Positions 18,272 through 27,712 of a stretch of DNA of 64,000 bases are shown here, piece by piece. Numbering within the stretch: position 1 is the first letter of the stretch; every line of letters begins with the position of its first letter. The stretch lies in NCBI GenBank assembly GCA_018221285.1, contig JAAOYJ010000003.1, positions 14,768 to 78,767 of the forward strand, in the 5' to 3' direction. The notes beneath the pieces are model-generated. The model did not search any database. It was not told the DNA's origin and saw nothing but the letters and a program-made list of their open reading frames with translations. The stretch comes from Candidatus Pacearchaeota archaeon. Its GTDB lineage: Archaea > Nanobdellota > Nanobdellia > Pacearchaeales > GW2011-AR1. The translations under genes were made by a program, and so were the position numbers.

Positions 18272-20038
18272 TTAAATCCCTACCGCGAAAAACCTCCACC
18301 AAGGCAATTCAGTTGACATTAATCTCCCATCTTCAACACTAATCTTTTGTACTATTTCGGCCTTTTTTGGAATAATAAAAAATAATCTTGTCTTTTTTGT
18401 TCCATAAACAGAGTAAACTGCAATTGTCTTATACTCTTCTATTTCAACTTTTTCAAGTTCATCTATTTTACTCGCTTTCATAATCGCATCTTTTGCAGTA
18501 ATCTCTATCTTTTGCCTACCCATGCTTGTCATTAGATAAGCCCCCAATTCATCTTTAATTAAATCCAACGAGCTCTCAATATCAATAATGTCTCCATCTC
18601 CAAAATCAACTGAAAGCTTTCCATCTTCACTTCTTTTTACAGTTACCTCCTTTCCATTTAAGGTAAATGTTCCTTGGTCTGGAATCTCTTCTAACAAACC
18701 CCCTTCTTCCTGATTTTCAGTACAATCTTTAGATATTGAAGGTTTATTGATTATAGTCTCACAACTATTTTTATCCGTGCAGGTTCTTATTTGTGTCTCC
18801 CCCATACAAGGCCCCCAATTGATGCAATCCCAATCTTCTGAGCATTCTCCCACAACACAACTCTGAGAAGTGGAAGGTTTATCTTCAGTAGTTCCACAAT
18901 CATTTTTATCTGTGCATGTTTTTGTTTTCAAATCATTTACGCAATCACTCCAAGAAGTGCAATCCCAATCTTCTTCACATTCTTCATCAGAATCTAAAGT
19001 GCACAAACCATCATCGCAGGTATAACCTCCAGGACATTCTGAATCTTGAACGCAAATGCAATGACACTTACTTGCTCCAGAAGAGGAATCATACCGAGCA
19101 TTATTTGGACAAGTATAATCTTCATAACCTGCAAGATATCCATTTTCACAATACCAGTCTCTAACTGTATAATAAGCAGTCCCATCCCCATCTGTACAAT
19201 AATCTACGGCAAATGTCGTGGGGCTCCCTGCATAAGTTATCCATCCACCAGTGGTATTACCCGGAACATAAAAATTTACGCCGCCATCAGAATCTTCACA
19301 TTCGTAAATATTAGTCGTCTCATCATTCCCCGAAGGCTTTCTACATGCTCCTGTAGAACATCCATAAGCACAAGGAATTAAAACAGACTCACTTTGTCCT
19401 TCTTCTGAACAATATTTCTCCAAAAGATTATCTGCAATTGTCTCCCCTCCTTCACAAACATCGTTTGAAGCTAAAGCATACTCCCCTTGAACAACTCCCC
19501 CTTGAACAAATTCCTCAATTCCTCCATCAGAATCATTACATGCTACAGATGCTTCACAACCTTCAAAAACCATTTTATCATCCCCAGAAGTTTGGAGAAA
19601 ATCAACAACCACATAATCGCACCCTTCACAAGGTTTATCAGAATATTCAACAGAATAAACTTGTCCAAAAACAATCAAATCCCCTTTCCCCTCTTCAATA
19701 ACATACACTTGATACAAATCATCTTTATTCAAAGCGTCTCTAAAAACAATATCATCATCATGGGTATCAGTATCATTACTAAACTCATAAAATTCTAATA
19801 TAATCCCTTCTTCAGGATCAGGCGTAGGTAAAACGACATAATCTCCATTGTATACATTATCCCCTTCTTTCAATCTCACCGGATTCTTCCATTCATACTC
19901 CTGTGCTATTTCTTGCAATTCATCTATCTTCTCAATTACTTCATTACTCAAATAACTACAACCATCTATTTCTACAGCATTTACAAAACTAACCAACAAA
20001 ACAAACATCAACCCAAAAATCAAAAAACTCTTTCCCAT
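18272..20038 (-). CDS. Cysteine-rich secreted surface protein
   Basis: Signal peptide, S-layer-like module shared with 38599-43026, CxDSDGG repeats, two C.E.W.C..W..C repeats, C-terminal PWW.F domain. Confidence 0.8.
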   Translation of the reverse strand: MGKSFLIFGLMFVLLVSFVNAVEIDGCSYLSNEVIEKIDELQEIAQEYEWKNPVRLKEGDNVYNGDYVVLPTPDPEEGIILEFYEFSNDTDTHDDDIVFRDALNKDDLYQVYVIEEGKGDLIVFGQVYSVEYSDKPCEGCDYVVVDFLQTSGDDKMVFEGCEASVACNDSDGGIEEFVQGGVVQGEYALASNDVCEGGETIADNLLEKYCSEEGQSESVLIPCAYGCSTGACRKPSGNDETTNIYECEDSDGGVNFYVPGNTTGGWITYAGSPTTFAVDYCTDGDGTAYYTVRDWYCENGYLAGYEDYTCPNNARYDSSSGASKCHCICVQDSECPGGYTCDDGLCTLDSDEECEEDWDCTSWSDCVNDLKTKTCTDKNDCGTTEDKPSTSQSCVVGECSEDWDCINWGPCMGETQIRTCTDKNSCETIINKPSISKDCTENQEEGGLLEEIPDQGTFTLNGKEVTVKRSEDGKLSVDFGDGDIIDIESSLDLIKDELGAYLMTSMGRQKIEITAKDAIMKASKIDELEKVEIEEYKTIAVYSVYGTKKTRLFFIIPKKAEIVQKISVEDGRLMSTELPWWRFFAVGI

Positions 20039-20072
20039 ATTATCTCCAACAAATCTTCATTTATTAATTTTC

Positions 20073-21020
20073 CTACTTAGCTTCCAATCCTGCAATCAAT
20101 TCATCCAAATTAACTTCATTCGCATCATTAACTATAAACTCTGGATTGTTAAAGAATTTATTATTCCGAACATCGCCTGAAAAAACCATCTCTTTACCCA
20201 GAAGATCCTCTCTCTGACTAATCAGCATCTCTGCATTTTCCAATTCTGTTATCCCTAGTGACGGAAGTGCCTCGTGAAACAAAACAGAACGAATTGATTC
20301 TGTTCCATCGTCAATTACAATATTTATCAGTGCTCTTTTTTCAGCAGCTACTTTACCATGTTCAGCACATGAAAATCCCTCCCCTTCCTGAACAGCCTTC
20401 TTACTACATTCAGGACAAACATAAAAAAACCTCGGCTCAAAAGTCTGAACAATAAACGCCCGCACACTTGAACCATCTCCAATTCTAAAATCAACTATGC
20501 TCTTTTCCTTGACAATCTTCTCTGTCCTAACATTTTCCAAAACCTCGCTACTCAATTTCAACTCTGAAAAACTCCCCAAATGAATCTCATTGTCTCTCAT
20601 ACTTCCATTAGAAATCTCAACAACACTATCTGCCTTTATCTGTCCATCCTCAATTAATCCTATATGATTAGTATCCCACAGAACAACCTTCGTATTCGAC
20701 GTATCATCTGCAATAAAAAAATTCGCAACCTTTCCTTCATCCCCCTTCTTTGTTGTAAAAGTTCTAACAGGAAACAAATTAATAACCTTCCCGACCACAT
20801 TCACCTTCCTCATCCCAGAAAGCAACTCATTTATTTTCAACTTTTCATTATCAAAGGAAATCCCCAACTCAGCAGCAATCACCTGCGCAGCACCCTCCTT
20901 ACTTATCAGCCCAGACAACTTCGCTCTCTTAGCCTCAACTCGCCTTTCCAACTCATCCTCTTCCAAACCTGCAGACTTAGCAATCTTCCCAAGTATCCTC
21001 TTATAATTTTGATCAGACAT
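20073..21020 (-). CDS. rpa: Replication protein A (OB folds plus zinc finger)
   Basis: GKVANFFIADDT...VVLWD OB fold, CPEC...CAEH zinc finger, IDDGT. Confidence 0.85.
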   Translation of the reverse strand: MSDQNYKRILGKIAKSAGLEEDELERRVEAKRAKLSGLISKEGAAQVIAAELGISFDNEKLKINELLSGMRKVNVVGKVINLFPVRTFTTKKGDEGKVANFFIADDTSNTKVVLWDTNHIGLIEDGQIKADSVVEISNGSMRDNEIHLGSFSELKLSSEVLENVRTEKIVKEKSIVDFRIGDGSSVRAFIVQTFEPRFFYVCPECSKKAVQEGEGFSCAEHGKVAAEKRALINIVIDDGTESIRSVLFHEALPSLGITELENAEMLISQREDLLGKEMVFSGDVRNNKFFNNPEFIVNDANEVNLDELIAGLEAK

Positions 21021-21095
21021 CTATTGAAAAAATCTTGATAGTTTAAAAGTATTGTTGTTCAAAAAACTTAAAAACCATCATCCTTACAATAATAT

Positions 21096-21368
21096 ATGGG
21101 AATCGCATTAATCAAAATAAAACTCATGCCAACAGCAGTAGATACAAATCTCGATGAGATAAAAGAAAAGGCAAAAGTCGCAATTGAAAGCAATAAAGGA
21201 AAACACCCCATGTTCGAAGAAGAACCAATTGCCTTCGGCCTAAAAGCAGTAATTGCAGGTTTTGAACTCGACGAAGAAGACGAACTAGATCCAATCGAAG
21301 AAGCCCTAAGAAAAATCGAAACAGTCAACTCTGCAGAAGTCGTGGATATGCGTAGGGCTTTTGGATGA
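21096..21368 (+). CDS. ef1b: Elongation factor 1-beta
   Basis: EEPIAFGLKA signature. Confidence 0.93.
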   Translation: MGIALIKIKLMPTAVDTNLDEIKEKAKVAIESNKGKHPMFEEEPIAFGLKAVIAGFELDEEDELDPIEEALRKIETVNSAEVVDMRRAFG

Positions 21369-21369
21369 T

Positions 21370-21609
21370 TTATCTAAAATCAAATTCTTCTAAACTTTTA
21401 TTAGATTTTCCTTCAGCAAGCTCCCTCATTACCTGATAACCTACCTCATGAGATTTAAGAAGCTCTTCCGAACTAAGAATTTTAGGGGGTTTTACAAATT
21501 GGCGCTTAATATCAACTCCTTCACCTTGTAACGCCATCATCTTCACGTCATCTGTCCCATCAACCAACCCATTATCAATATAAAATTCTTTTACATAATC
21601 CCTACCCAT
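21370..21609 (-). CDS. Hypothetical protein
   Basis: ORF with an upstream TATA-like element. Confidence 0.5.
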   Translation of the reverse strand: MGRDYVKEFYIDNGLVDGTDDVKMMALQGEGVDIKRQFVKPPKILSSEELLKSHEVGYQVMRELAEGKSNKSLEEFDFR

Positions 21610-21683
21610 ATCTAAAACACCAAAAATTACTTTATAAAAATTTAGATAGTTAAATATATTAATCCAATTTATCTAATTCTATT

Positions 21684-22334
21684 ATGCTACCAGAAGAACA
21701 AGTTCCCCAAATTAAAAAACAACTTCTTGAACAATTAGATGCCACAAATCTTCCGAATAAAGAGGAAGTTAAAAAATCTGTTGAAGGAATGAATGCTGTT
21801 CAGTTAGAAGAGTTCTTAGTACAAAACAAACTAATAAAATCTCCAGAAGGAGAACCTCAATCCGCTCCACAAGGTTCTGCCCAACCTCAACAATGCATCT
21901 TCTGTTCAATTGTCTTCGGAGATGTTCCTTCACACAAAATCGACGAGAACAAAGACTCAATTGCCGTACTTGAATTAAATCCAATCTCAAAAGGCCATGT
22001 TATAATAATCCCAAAAGAACATCTTCCAGATAGCGGAAAACTTCCTTCAACAGCCTTCACACTTGCAAAGAAAATAGCCAAAAAACTAAAATCAAAACTA
22101 AAATCAAAGGACGTCGAGATTCATACTTCAAATATCTTCGGCCATGAGATAATAAATGTCATTCCAATGTATGAAGGGGAAACCCCAAATTCAGAAAGGC
22201 AACAAGCAAAACCAGAAGAACTTTCAAAACTTCAAAAACTTCTAGAAGTGAAAAAGAAAGCCCCAATATTAAAGAAACCTAAAAGGAAAAAGCTCAAAGA
22301 TAAAAAGTTGTGGCTTCCTAAAAGAATCCCATAA
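21684..22334 (+). CDS. HIT-family protein lacking the histidine triad
   Basis: CIFC.I, NPISKGHVIIIPKEH; HxHxH is replaced by HEIIN. Confidence 0.8.
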   Translation: MLPEEQVPQIKKQLLEQLDATNLPNKEEVKKSVEGMNAVQLEEFLVQNKLIKSPEGEPQSAPQGSAQPQQCIFCSIVFGDVPSHKIDENKDSIAVLELNPISKGHVIIIPKEHLPDSGKLPSTAFTLAKKIAKKLKSKLKSKDVEIHTSNIFGHEIINVIPMYEGETPNSERQQAKPEELSKLQKLLEVKKKAPILKKPKRKKLKDKKLWLPKRIP

Positions 22335-22394
22335 AATTAGAAGTTCTCGCCTGCTTACAGGTTCTCGTGACCATTGGTTACACTCTTTTAGGTG

Positions 22395-23234
22395 CTACCA
22401 AAGAGGATACTTTAAATCCAAAAACCAAACTCCTAACAAAAGAACATAACTAATCAAGAAAACAGGCACAAACGGAATTCCCTGTCGTATAACAACTTGT
22501 TTTTTACTCTTCTGAATCAACCTAATATCGCCTTTGCTCAATCCTCCCCAACTTTTCTTAATCAATTTCTTTCCAACTTTAACATCCTCATAAAGCCAAT
22601 CTCCTTCTGTTAACTTACTTGCATTAATCTTCTTTACCATACAAACCTCGTCAACTGATTTCGCAAAAAGATAAAAATAAGGTAATACAAAAAACAAAAC
22701 TCCAAAATAAAAAGCAAAAGCCTCAACAAATCCAAGAGCCATCAAAACCAACCCAAAAGCCATTGGAAAATAAATTCGATTCTTATTCTTATTAAATTGT
22801 TTACCAAACTCTTTCTTAAATTTCTCAAAATTCCTCGCTGCCAACCAAATACTCCAAATCAACCCATAAAGCGCTCCTACAAAAAAGAATAACAGCAAGA
22901 ACCAAAGAAAAATATTTAGATTCTCCAAAAAACTATAAGAGAATGGAAGCACTGCCCCCATTGCAATCATCAACTTAGCATCTCCTCCAGCAAACATCCG
23001 TCCATAATACAACAAATTCCCAATAACAAAAAATATTCCAAGCCCAATTAAACCTTGGTAAAAAAACACAAAGTCACCTCGAGAAAACAAACTATAAAAA
23101 AACCTAAACCCCAATGCAAAAATTATTAAAGAAAAATTAAGCCAGTTCGCAACTTCCCTACTTTTCAAATCTTGCATACTTGCAAACACAATCCAAACCA
23201 ATGCAAGCACAATTAAAAATATCACCTCATACAT
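22395..23234 (-). CDS. Prepilin peptidase (A24, PibD/EppA-like)
   Basis: QDLK.REV.N and GGDAKL catalytic Asp motifs, C-terminal IPFVP, multiple TM. Confidence 0.9.
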   Translation of the reverse strand: MYEVIFLIVLALVWIVFASMQDLKSREVANWLNFSLIIFALGFRFFYSLFSRGDFVFFYQGLIGLGIFFVIGNLLYYGRMFAGGDAKLMIAMGAVLPFSYSFLENLNIFLWFLLLFFFVGALYGLIWSIWLAARNFEKFKKEFGKQFNKNKNRIYFPMAFGLVLMALGFVEAFAFYFGVLFFVLPYFYLFAKSVDEVCMVKKINASKLTEGDWLYEDVKVGKKLIKKSWGGLSKGDIRLIQKSKKQVVIRQGIPFVPVFLISYVLLLGVWFLDLKYPLW

Positions 23235-23260
23235 AGTTTGGAAAAAAGACTATCATTTAA

Positions 23261-23395
23261 TTACTTTTTCTTCTTCGGAGGAACCTTAGAAACATTCATG
23301 CTTCTTCCCCTCCCCCCTTTCTTATAAGGATATTTCTTTTTATCCCTTTTCTTATCTTTCCGTTTATTCCGCCTTTCAGTGTTTCCTTGTGCCAT
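23261..23395 (-). CDS. Small, very basic protein (44 aa)
   Basis: MAQGNTERRNKRKDKKRDKKKYPYKKRGRGRSMNVSKVPPKKKK; SD-like GGAGGAG upstream. Not in ORF track. Confidence 0.6.
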   Translation of the reverse strand: MAQGNTERRNKRKDKKRDKKKYPYKKGGRGRSMNVSKVPPKKKK

Positions 23396-23515
23396 CTTAT
23401 AAATCTCCTCCGAGCAACGTACGCGAGCATTAATAGCAAAGCCAAACTTGACGCGAGCGTGCTTGGGAGTTAGCCATAATTAAATTAAAGAATTATGTTT
23501 TAAATAATTTTGGAG

Positions 23516-24103
23516 TTATTGAGGGATTATACAGAAGTTTGTAACTCTACTAAGAACTGTGATATCTGTAACATCATAAAAAGCTCCTTCTTCTAAACCA
23601 GAACCCATATATTTTCTAAGGCATTTGCTATCGTATTCTTGCCAGATACATCCATCTCCTTTATCATTTTTTGCATCACAAGCAGATTTATCTCCATCAA
23701 AATCAGAACAATCTTTTTCTACAATACTTGGTGTGGGGCTTCCTCCAACCCCATTAATTTTTACTTCAGTACAATCTAATCTACATCCTAAGGAACAACT
23801 ATCAACTCCATATTTATTAAACTCTTGAACAGATGATAACACAGCACAACTTGTTTTGATTTCGTTTCCTTTATCATCTTTTAAATCTCTCTCCATGGAA
23901 CAAAAATCATAAATGCTATTTGTTGTGCAAGCAGTTGAACATGCTTTTGCAATTGTATCGACATTGTTTGATTTAAGAAATGGAAAAATCGTTCCCCAGC
24001 CCATTGAGAATCCTGCAATAAGAAGAACCAAAACAGCCACACCTAATACAATCATGATAATAGCATTAACACTCAACCCTTGACCTTTTTTATCACCTAA
24101 CAT
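23516..24103 (-). CDS. Type IV pilin-like protein, Cys-rich
   Basis: Class III signal KKG|QGLS plus hydrophobic helix. Confidence 0.8.
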   Translation of the reverse strand: MLGDKKGQGLSVNAIIMIVLGVAVLVLLIAGFSMGWGTIFPFLKSNNVDTIAKACSTACTTNSIYDFCSMERDLKDDKGNEIKTSCAVLSSVQEFNKYGVDSCSLGCRLDCTEVKINGVGGSPTPSIVEKDCSDFDGDKSACDAKNDKGDGCIWQEYDSKCLRKYMGSGLEEGAFYDVTDITVLSRVTNFCIIPQ

Positions 24104-24137
24104 AACAACTCTAAGATTATTTTGTTTATAAAAGTTT

Positions 24138-24449
24138 TTATTTCAAGGGAACTACATACTTAATAGAAACCAACTTCCCTTTCTTCTCAATAATCACATC
24201 ATTATTCATTTTATCGAATGTTAAATCAAATATCTTATCTGCTGCCACACTATTGCCATCAAACTGTTGATAAAACTGAAACTTCTCTAAATCAGCATGT
24301 GCATCTTCAAACACCCCAACTTCAAAATCACTATCTGATTCAAATGGTTTCACAAAACTTAAAATCGCAAGTCCGCAAATCACCACAACCCCTATTACCA
24401 AAATAACTATTGGAATATCTCCTCGTTTATTCATTCGCTTCCCAAACAT
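24138..24449 (-). CDS. Type IV pilin-like protein
   Basis: KRG|DIP plus hydrophobic helix. Confidence 0.7.
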   Translation of the reverse strand: MFGKRMNKRGDIPIVILVIGVVVICGLAILSFVKPFESDSDFEVGVFEDAHADLEKFQFYQQFDGNSVAADKIFDLTFDKMNNDVIIEKKGKLVSIKYVVPLK

Positions 24450-24850
24450 AATAAAACCTCCTTTCCATCATCTAAATCAATTTTAACATCAACATCACAT
24501 CCAACCCCAAGCACCTCATTTTCTCCAGAAGGACCAAACTTCTCTTCAACCTCAATTTGAGAACTTCCTACATAATCTTTTTCATAATACTCAACTATTT
24601 TTTCACCAGATTCATTTAACTTTCCGCTTTCTTTCAATTTCTCATATACCTCACTTTCCATCAAATAATTAACCAAAGACTTTGTCGCAAGCAAATCAGC
24701 ATCCCGATTCCACTTAAACTTCTTTGAATTTTTAATGCCAGTAATATCCAATGTTACAGCAAAAATAGAAATTGACAAAATCACAACGATAACTAACGTG
24801 GCAACTACCCATGTCATAGTCTCTCCGATTTGCCCTCGACGATTTTTCAT
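24431..24850 (-). CDS. Type IV pilin-like protein
   Basis: RRG|QIGE plus hydrophobic helix. Confidence 0.78.
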   Translation of the reverse strand: MKNRRGQIGETMTWVVATLVIVVILSISIFAVTLDITGIKNSKKFKWNRDADLLATKSLVNYLMESEVYEKLKESGKLNESGEKIVEYYEKDYVGSSQIEVEEKFGPSGENEVLGVGCDVDVKIDLDDGKEVLLCLGSE

Positions 24851-25260
24851 TTTACCTTATTCACAACAACTTTAATTTCTACAACCTCTCCTCCTAAAAT
24901 ATACAACTTCCTATCAACACACTTTGGAAGCTTATCCCCTTTCTTATCACAAAACTCTTTCAGATTAACATTCCCTTTTTCAACATCAGGGTTACTAACT
25001 TTCACATAATATTCATCATTCTCTTCTCCAAAATTCAAATGGCATGCATCCATGAATGTCTCCTGTGATACATTCTTCAATGAATTCCCCTCTGTTATAC
25101 AATCTGCAATTTGATTTATCATCGCACTTGCCTCTGCTCCCCGAATATCATAGGGCGTCCCATAAAAAACCGCTGCCATGTAAACTACTGCTGCAGCCAC
25201 TATAAACAAAATCGCAAACCAATACACAGAAATTATCTTATCTGTTCCACGTTTATTCAT
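24847..25260 (-). CDS. Type IV pilin-like protein
   Basis: KRG|TDK plus hydrophobic helix. Confidence 0.72.
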   Translation of the reverse strand: MNKRGTDKIISVYWFAILFIVAAAVVYMAAVFYGTPYDIRGAEASAMINQIADCITEGNSLKNVSQETFMDACHLNFGEENDEYYVKVSNPDVEKGNVNLKEFCDKKGDKLPKCVDRKLYILGGEVVEIKVVVNKVK

Positions 25261-25655
25261 TTGTAACCTACCACTTTAAATTTAAATTCATCTTTATCAG
25301 GATAAAAATAAAGCACATCCAAATCAACATCATTAAAAAATGCATAGGAATTCCCTCCTTCTTCATGAAGTTTGACTGTCACCACATTATCCCTAATATC
25401 AACAATCTTCTTACCAACCCAACCTTTCTTCTTAGCCTGCTCAATAGCCCCAGACATCTCAAGAGAAATTTCCATCTCTGGCTTAGCAGAATCAATCATC
25501 AATGCAATCTGTTTGGCATATTTCTCCTCTATAAACGAAACATCACTCATCCTAGAAAACAAAAACAAAATAAGAATCACAAGAAAAACCAAATTAAGAA
25601 CAATGAAGATAATATTCTCTGTCAAGATGTTTGCCTTCTTACCTCTTTTAATCAT
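25257..25655 (-). CDS. Type IV pilin-like protein
   Basis: KKA|NILTE plus hydrophobic helix. Confidence 0.75.
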   Translation of the reverse strand: MIKRGKKANILTENIIFIVLNLVFLVILILFLFSRMSDVSFIEEKYAKQIALMIDSAKPEMEISLEMSGAIEQAKKKGWVGKKIVDIRDNVVTVKLHEEGGNSYAFFNDVDLDVLYFYPDKDEFKFKVVGYK

Positions 25656-25689
25656 AAATGTTAAAAAGAAAACGTGTTAATAAAATTAT

Positions 25690-26430
25690 CTAAGCCTTAG
25701 TAATATCAAATACCTTACACTCTGTTTGGTTAGTTATCTCATTTGATTTAACAAAATAAGGATTAATATAATAGCCTTGCTTCATTCCAGTTACAATTGC
25801 ATATTTCTCCTTTGTTGAAATAACTCCCCCAACAAGATCTAACTCTGTACGAGCTATTTTGGCTTCAACATAAGTCATATTAGGAGCATCATAAAGATAA
25901 TCTAAATAAGTTTGCGTTTTATCTTTTTTAGTCTCAAGAAGATATTCATAAAATTCCTTATAAGTTATTTTATCTATTTCCATATCGTCGCCAAACTTAA
26001 CTATTGAACAAACAGCACAATGATAATTATTCCACAGAGTACGTTCCTTATATTTATCTAAAACTCCTCCATAATTAACTTTCCCCTCCCCAAACATCCA
26101 CCAACATTCTACCATCTCATCTGCGATCGCCTTCATTGTCCTATTCTTTATTTCTTCTTTTGTTCCTCCCAAATCAATTTCTACTTCTGCTGTGGGATTA
26201 ATCCCTTGACAATCTCCTCCTCCAGAAATACACACATAATTTGTTCTGCAATCTATCTCTCCCCCAACAGAACTCCTACTCTTCAAAATAACAGAGTTGT
26301 GACAAATTTCTTTATTAGTTGTCTCTCCCAAATCCAATCTAAAAATTAAAAGAAGTATGACAGAAAAACTTACAATTAAAACAATCAATCCTACAATTTG
26401 CTGCGTTGTTAATTCTCCTTTATTATCCAT
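25690..26430 (-). CDS. Type IV pilin-like protein, Cys-rich
   Basis: Start re-set to ATG 26430: MDNKG|ELTTQQIVGLIVLIV. Confidence 0.75.
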   Translation of the reverse strand: MDNKGELTTQQIVGLIVLIVSFSVILLLIFRLDLGETTNKEICHNSVILKSRSSVGGEIDCRTNYVCISGGGDCQGINPTAEVEIDLGGTKEEIKNRTMKAIADEMVECWWMFGEGKVNYGGVLDKYKERTLWNNYHCAVCSIVKFGDDMEIDKITYKEFYEYLLETKKDKTQTYLDYLYDAPNMTYVEAKIARTELDLVGGVISTKEKYAIVTGMKQGYYINPYFVKSNEITNQTECKVFDITKA

Positions 26431-26531
26431 CACATTACTCCCAGTTTTTTGAGTAAAACATAAATTCCTGCCAAGGCCACTCCAAAAAAGATAATCCATA
26501 CTAAATACTTTATCAAAACATCAAGCCTCAT
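26430..26531 (-). CDS. Small single-TM protein in the pilin array (33 aa)
   Basis: MRLDVLIKYLVWIIFFGVALAGIYVLLKKLGVM; TGATG overlap with the next gene. Not in ORF track. Confidence 0.6.
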   Translation of the reverse strand: MRLDVLIKYLVWIIFFGVALAGIYVLLKKLGVM

Positions 26532-26970
26532 TTTTTGATAGCACCTTCCCTTCAATTTTTAATTTTAATGGGTTTCCTTTTATTTCAATCCCATCTGTAA
26601 TAACCTCTAAATTACTCTTTAAACAATAACCATGTTTGTCGCATTCTTCAATTTCGCCTTTTCTCCATTTTTCAGGACAAATACATAGACAATTCTCCCA
26701 CCCAAGATTAGTGCAGGAATTTGGAAGATTTCCAAAAGACCATGAAGATATCTTCCACCCATAAGGATTATAAATGTCAACTTCTGTTACGCCTTCTTCA
26801 TGTTTGGCAATCATATGAACCAAAGACGCTTTTGCGAATTCTAAATTTTTATTTGTACTATAGGAAAGATAAAGTGAAATTAAAAAATAAATAAGAACCC
26901 CTATTGCAATAAGCGCGATAACTAATTTCAAAGCTTCTTCAGCCAGCAAAAACCCTTTTCTCGATTTCAT
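26521..26970 (-). CDS. Type IV pilin-like protein, Cys-rich
   Basis: RKG|FLLAE plus hydrophobic helix. Confidence 0.78.
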   Translation of the reverse strand: MKSRKGFLLAEEALKLVIALIAIGVLIYFLISLYLSYSTNKNLEFAKASLVHMIAKHEEGVTEVDIYNPYGWKISSWSFGNLPNSCTNLGWENCLCICPEKWRKGEIEECDKHGYCLKSNLEVITDGIEIKGNPLKLKIEGKVLSKNEA

Positions 26971-27122
26971 ATTAACCCCAAAACCAATTTACCTGTTCCA
27001 ATATTCTTAAAAAAATCTATAACATAATCTTTAAAGAAAAACCCAAGCCCTCCAACCACAACCACAACTACAAGAACTCCGAGGATAATTTTTATTAATT
27101 GAGATATTTGTAGTTCTGGCAT
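26967..27122 (-). CDS. Small pilin-like protein without a basic leader (51 aa)
   Basis: MPELQISQLIKIILGVLVVVVVVGGLGFFFKDYVIDFFKNIGTGKLVLGLI; ATGA overlap with the next gene. Not in ORF track. Confidence 0.68.
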   Translation of the reverse strand: MPELQISQLIKIILGVLVVVVVVGGLGFFFKDYVIDFFKNIGTGKLVLGLI

Positions 27123-27192
27123 GTTCAAACTCCTTTCCAAACTTCATATCGCAAGAGTTTGGATGCTTTAAATTTATTTATGAATTTCATTG

Positions 27193-27351
27193 CTATGATT
27201 TAAACAAACCTTTAATTTGATCAACTAGTGAAAATCCTTTATCCTTCAGCACAAAAATCGCAATCATTAAAATCACAAGAACTGCAACTGCAATCAAAAT
27301 CCACGGAAGATATTCTGAAATAATACCTCTTTTATCCAACCTCTTTTTCAT
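27193..27351 (-). CDS. Small type IV (Flp-sized) pilin (52 aa)
   Basis: MKKRLDKRG|IISEYLPWILIAVAVLVILMIAIFVLKDKGFSLVDQIKGLFKS. Not in ORF track. Confidence 0.75.
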   Translation of the reverse strand: MKKRLDKRGIISEYLPWILIAVAVLVILMIAIFVLKDKGFSLVDQIKGLFKS

Positions 27352-27388
27352 AATGTAAAATAAGAATCGGAATTAATAAATGTTGAGG

Positions 27389-27676
27389 TTATGCTCCCAT
27401 CAAAGCCATAAACTCATCCGCTAACACTTCAATTTTATCCCATTCGTTTCCTGTAAAAGAATATAAACCATATCCTGGTTTAAATCGGGTATTTGGATAA
27501 ATCCTTTTCACCCTTTGTTGCCTAATGTATTCAACAGTTACCTCTTCAGGCTTAACACCATCAATCTTAGCAATTTCATTTATAAAAAAAGTTTCTAAAT
27601 CTTTTATGTTCGATCCTTTAGAACGTTTCATACAACTTTTAAAGAAACAGTATTTATTAACTTTATTCTTCTTCAT
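27389..27676 (-). CDS. Hypothetical protein
   Basis: ORF only. Confidence 0.45.
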   Translation of the reverse strand: MKKNKVNKYCFFKSCMKRSKGSNIKDLETFFINEIAKIDGVKPEEVTVEYIRQQRVKRIYPNTRFKPGYGLYSFTGNEWDKIEVLADEFMALMGA

Positions 27677-27712
27677 TAACTACTACTTCCTCTCGAGCGA
27701 AGCGAGCCAATC

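Noticed and set aside
27690-27708. ctcgagcgaagcgag GCGAAGC mini-hairpin after the platform gene
   Set aside because: Fits the small-hairpin theme but too short to call as an element alone
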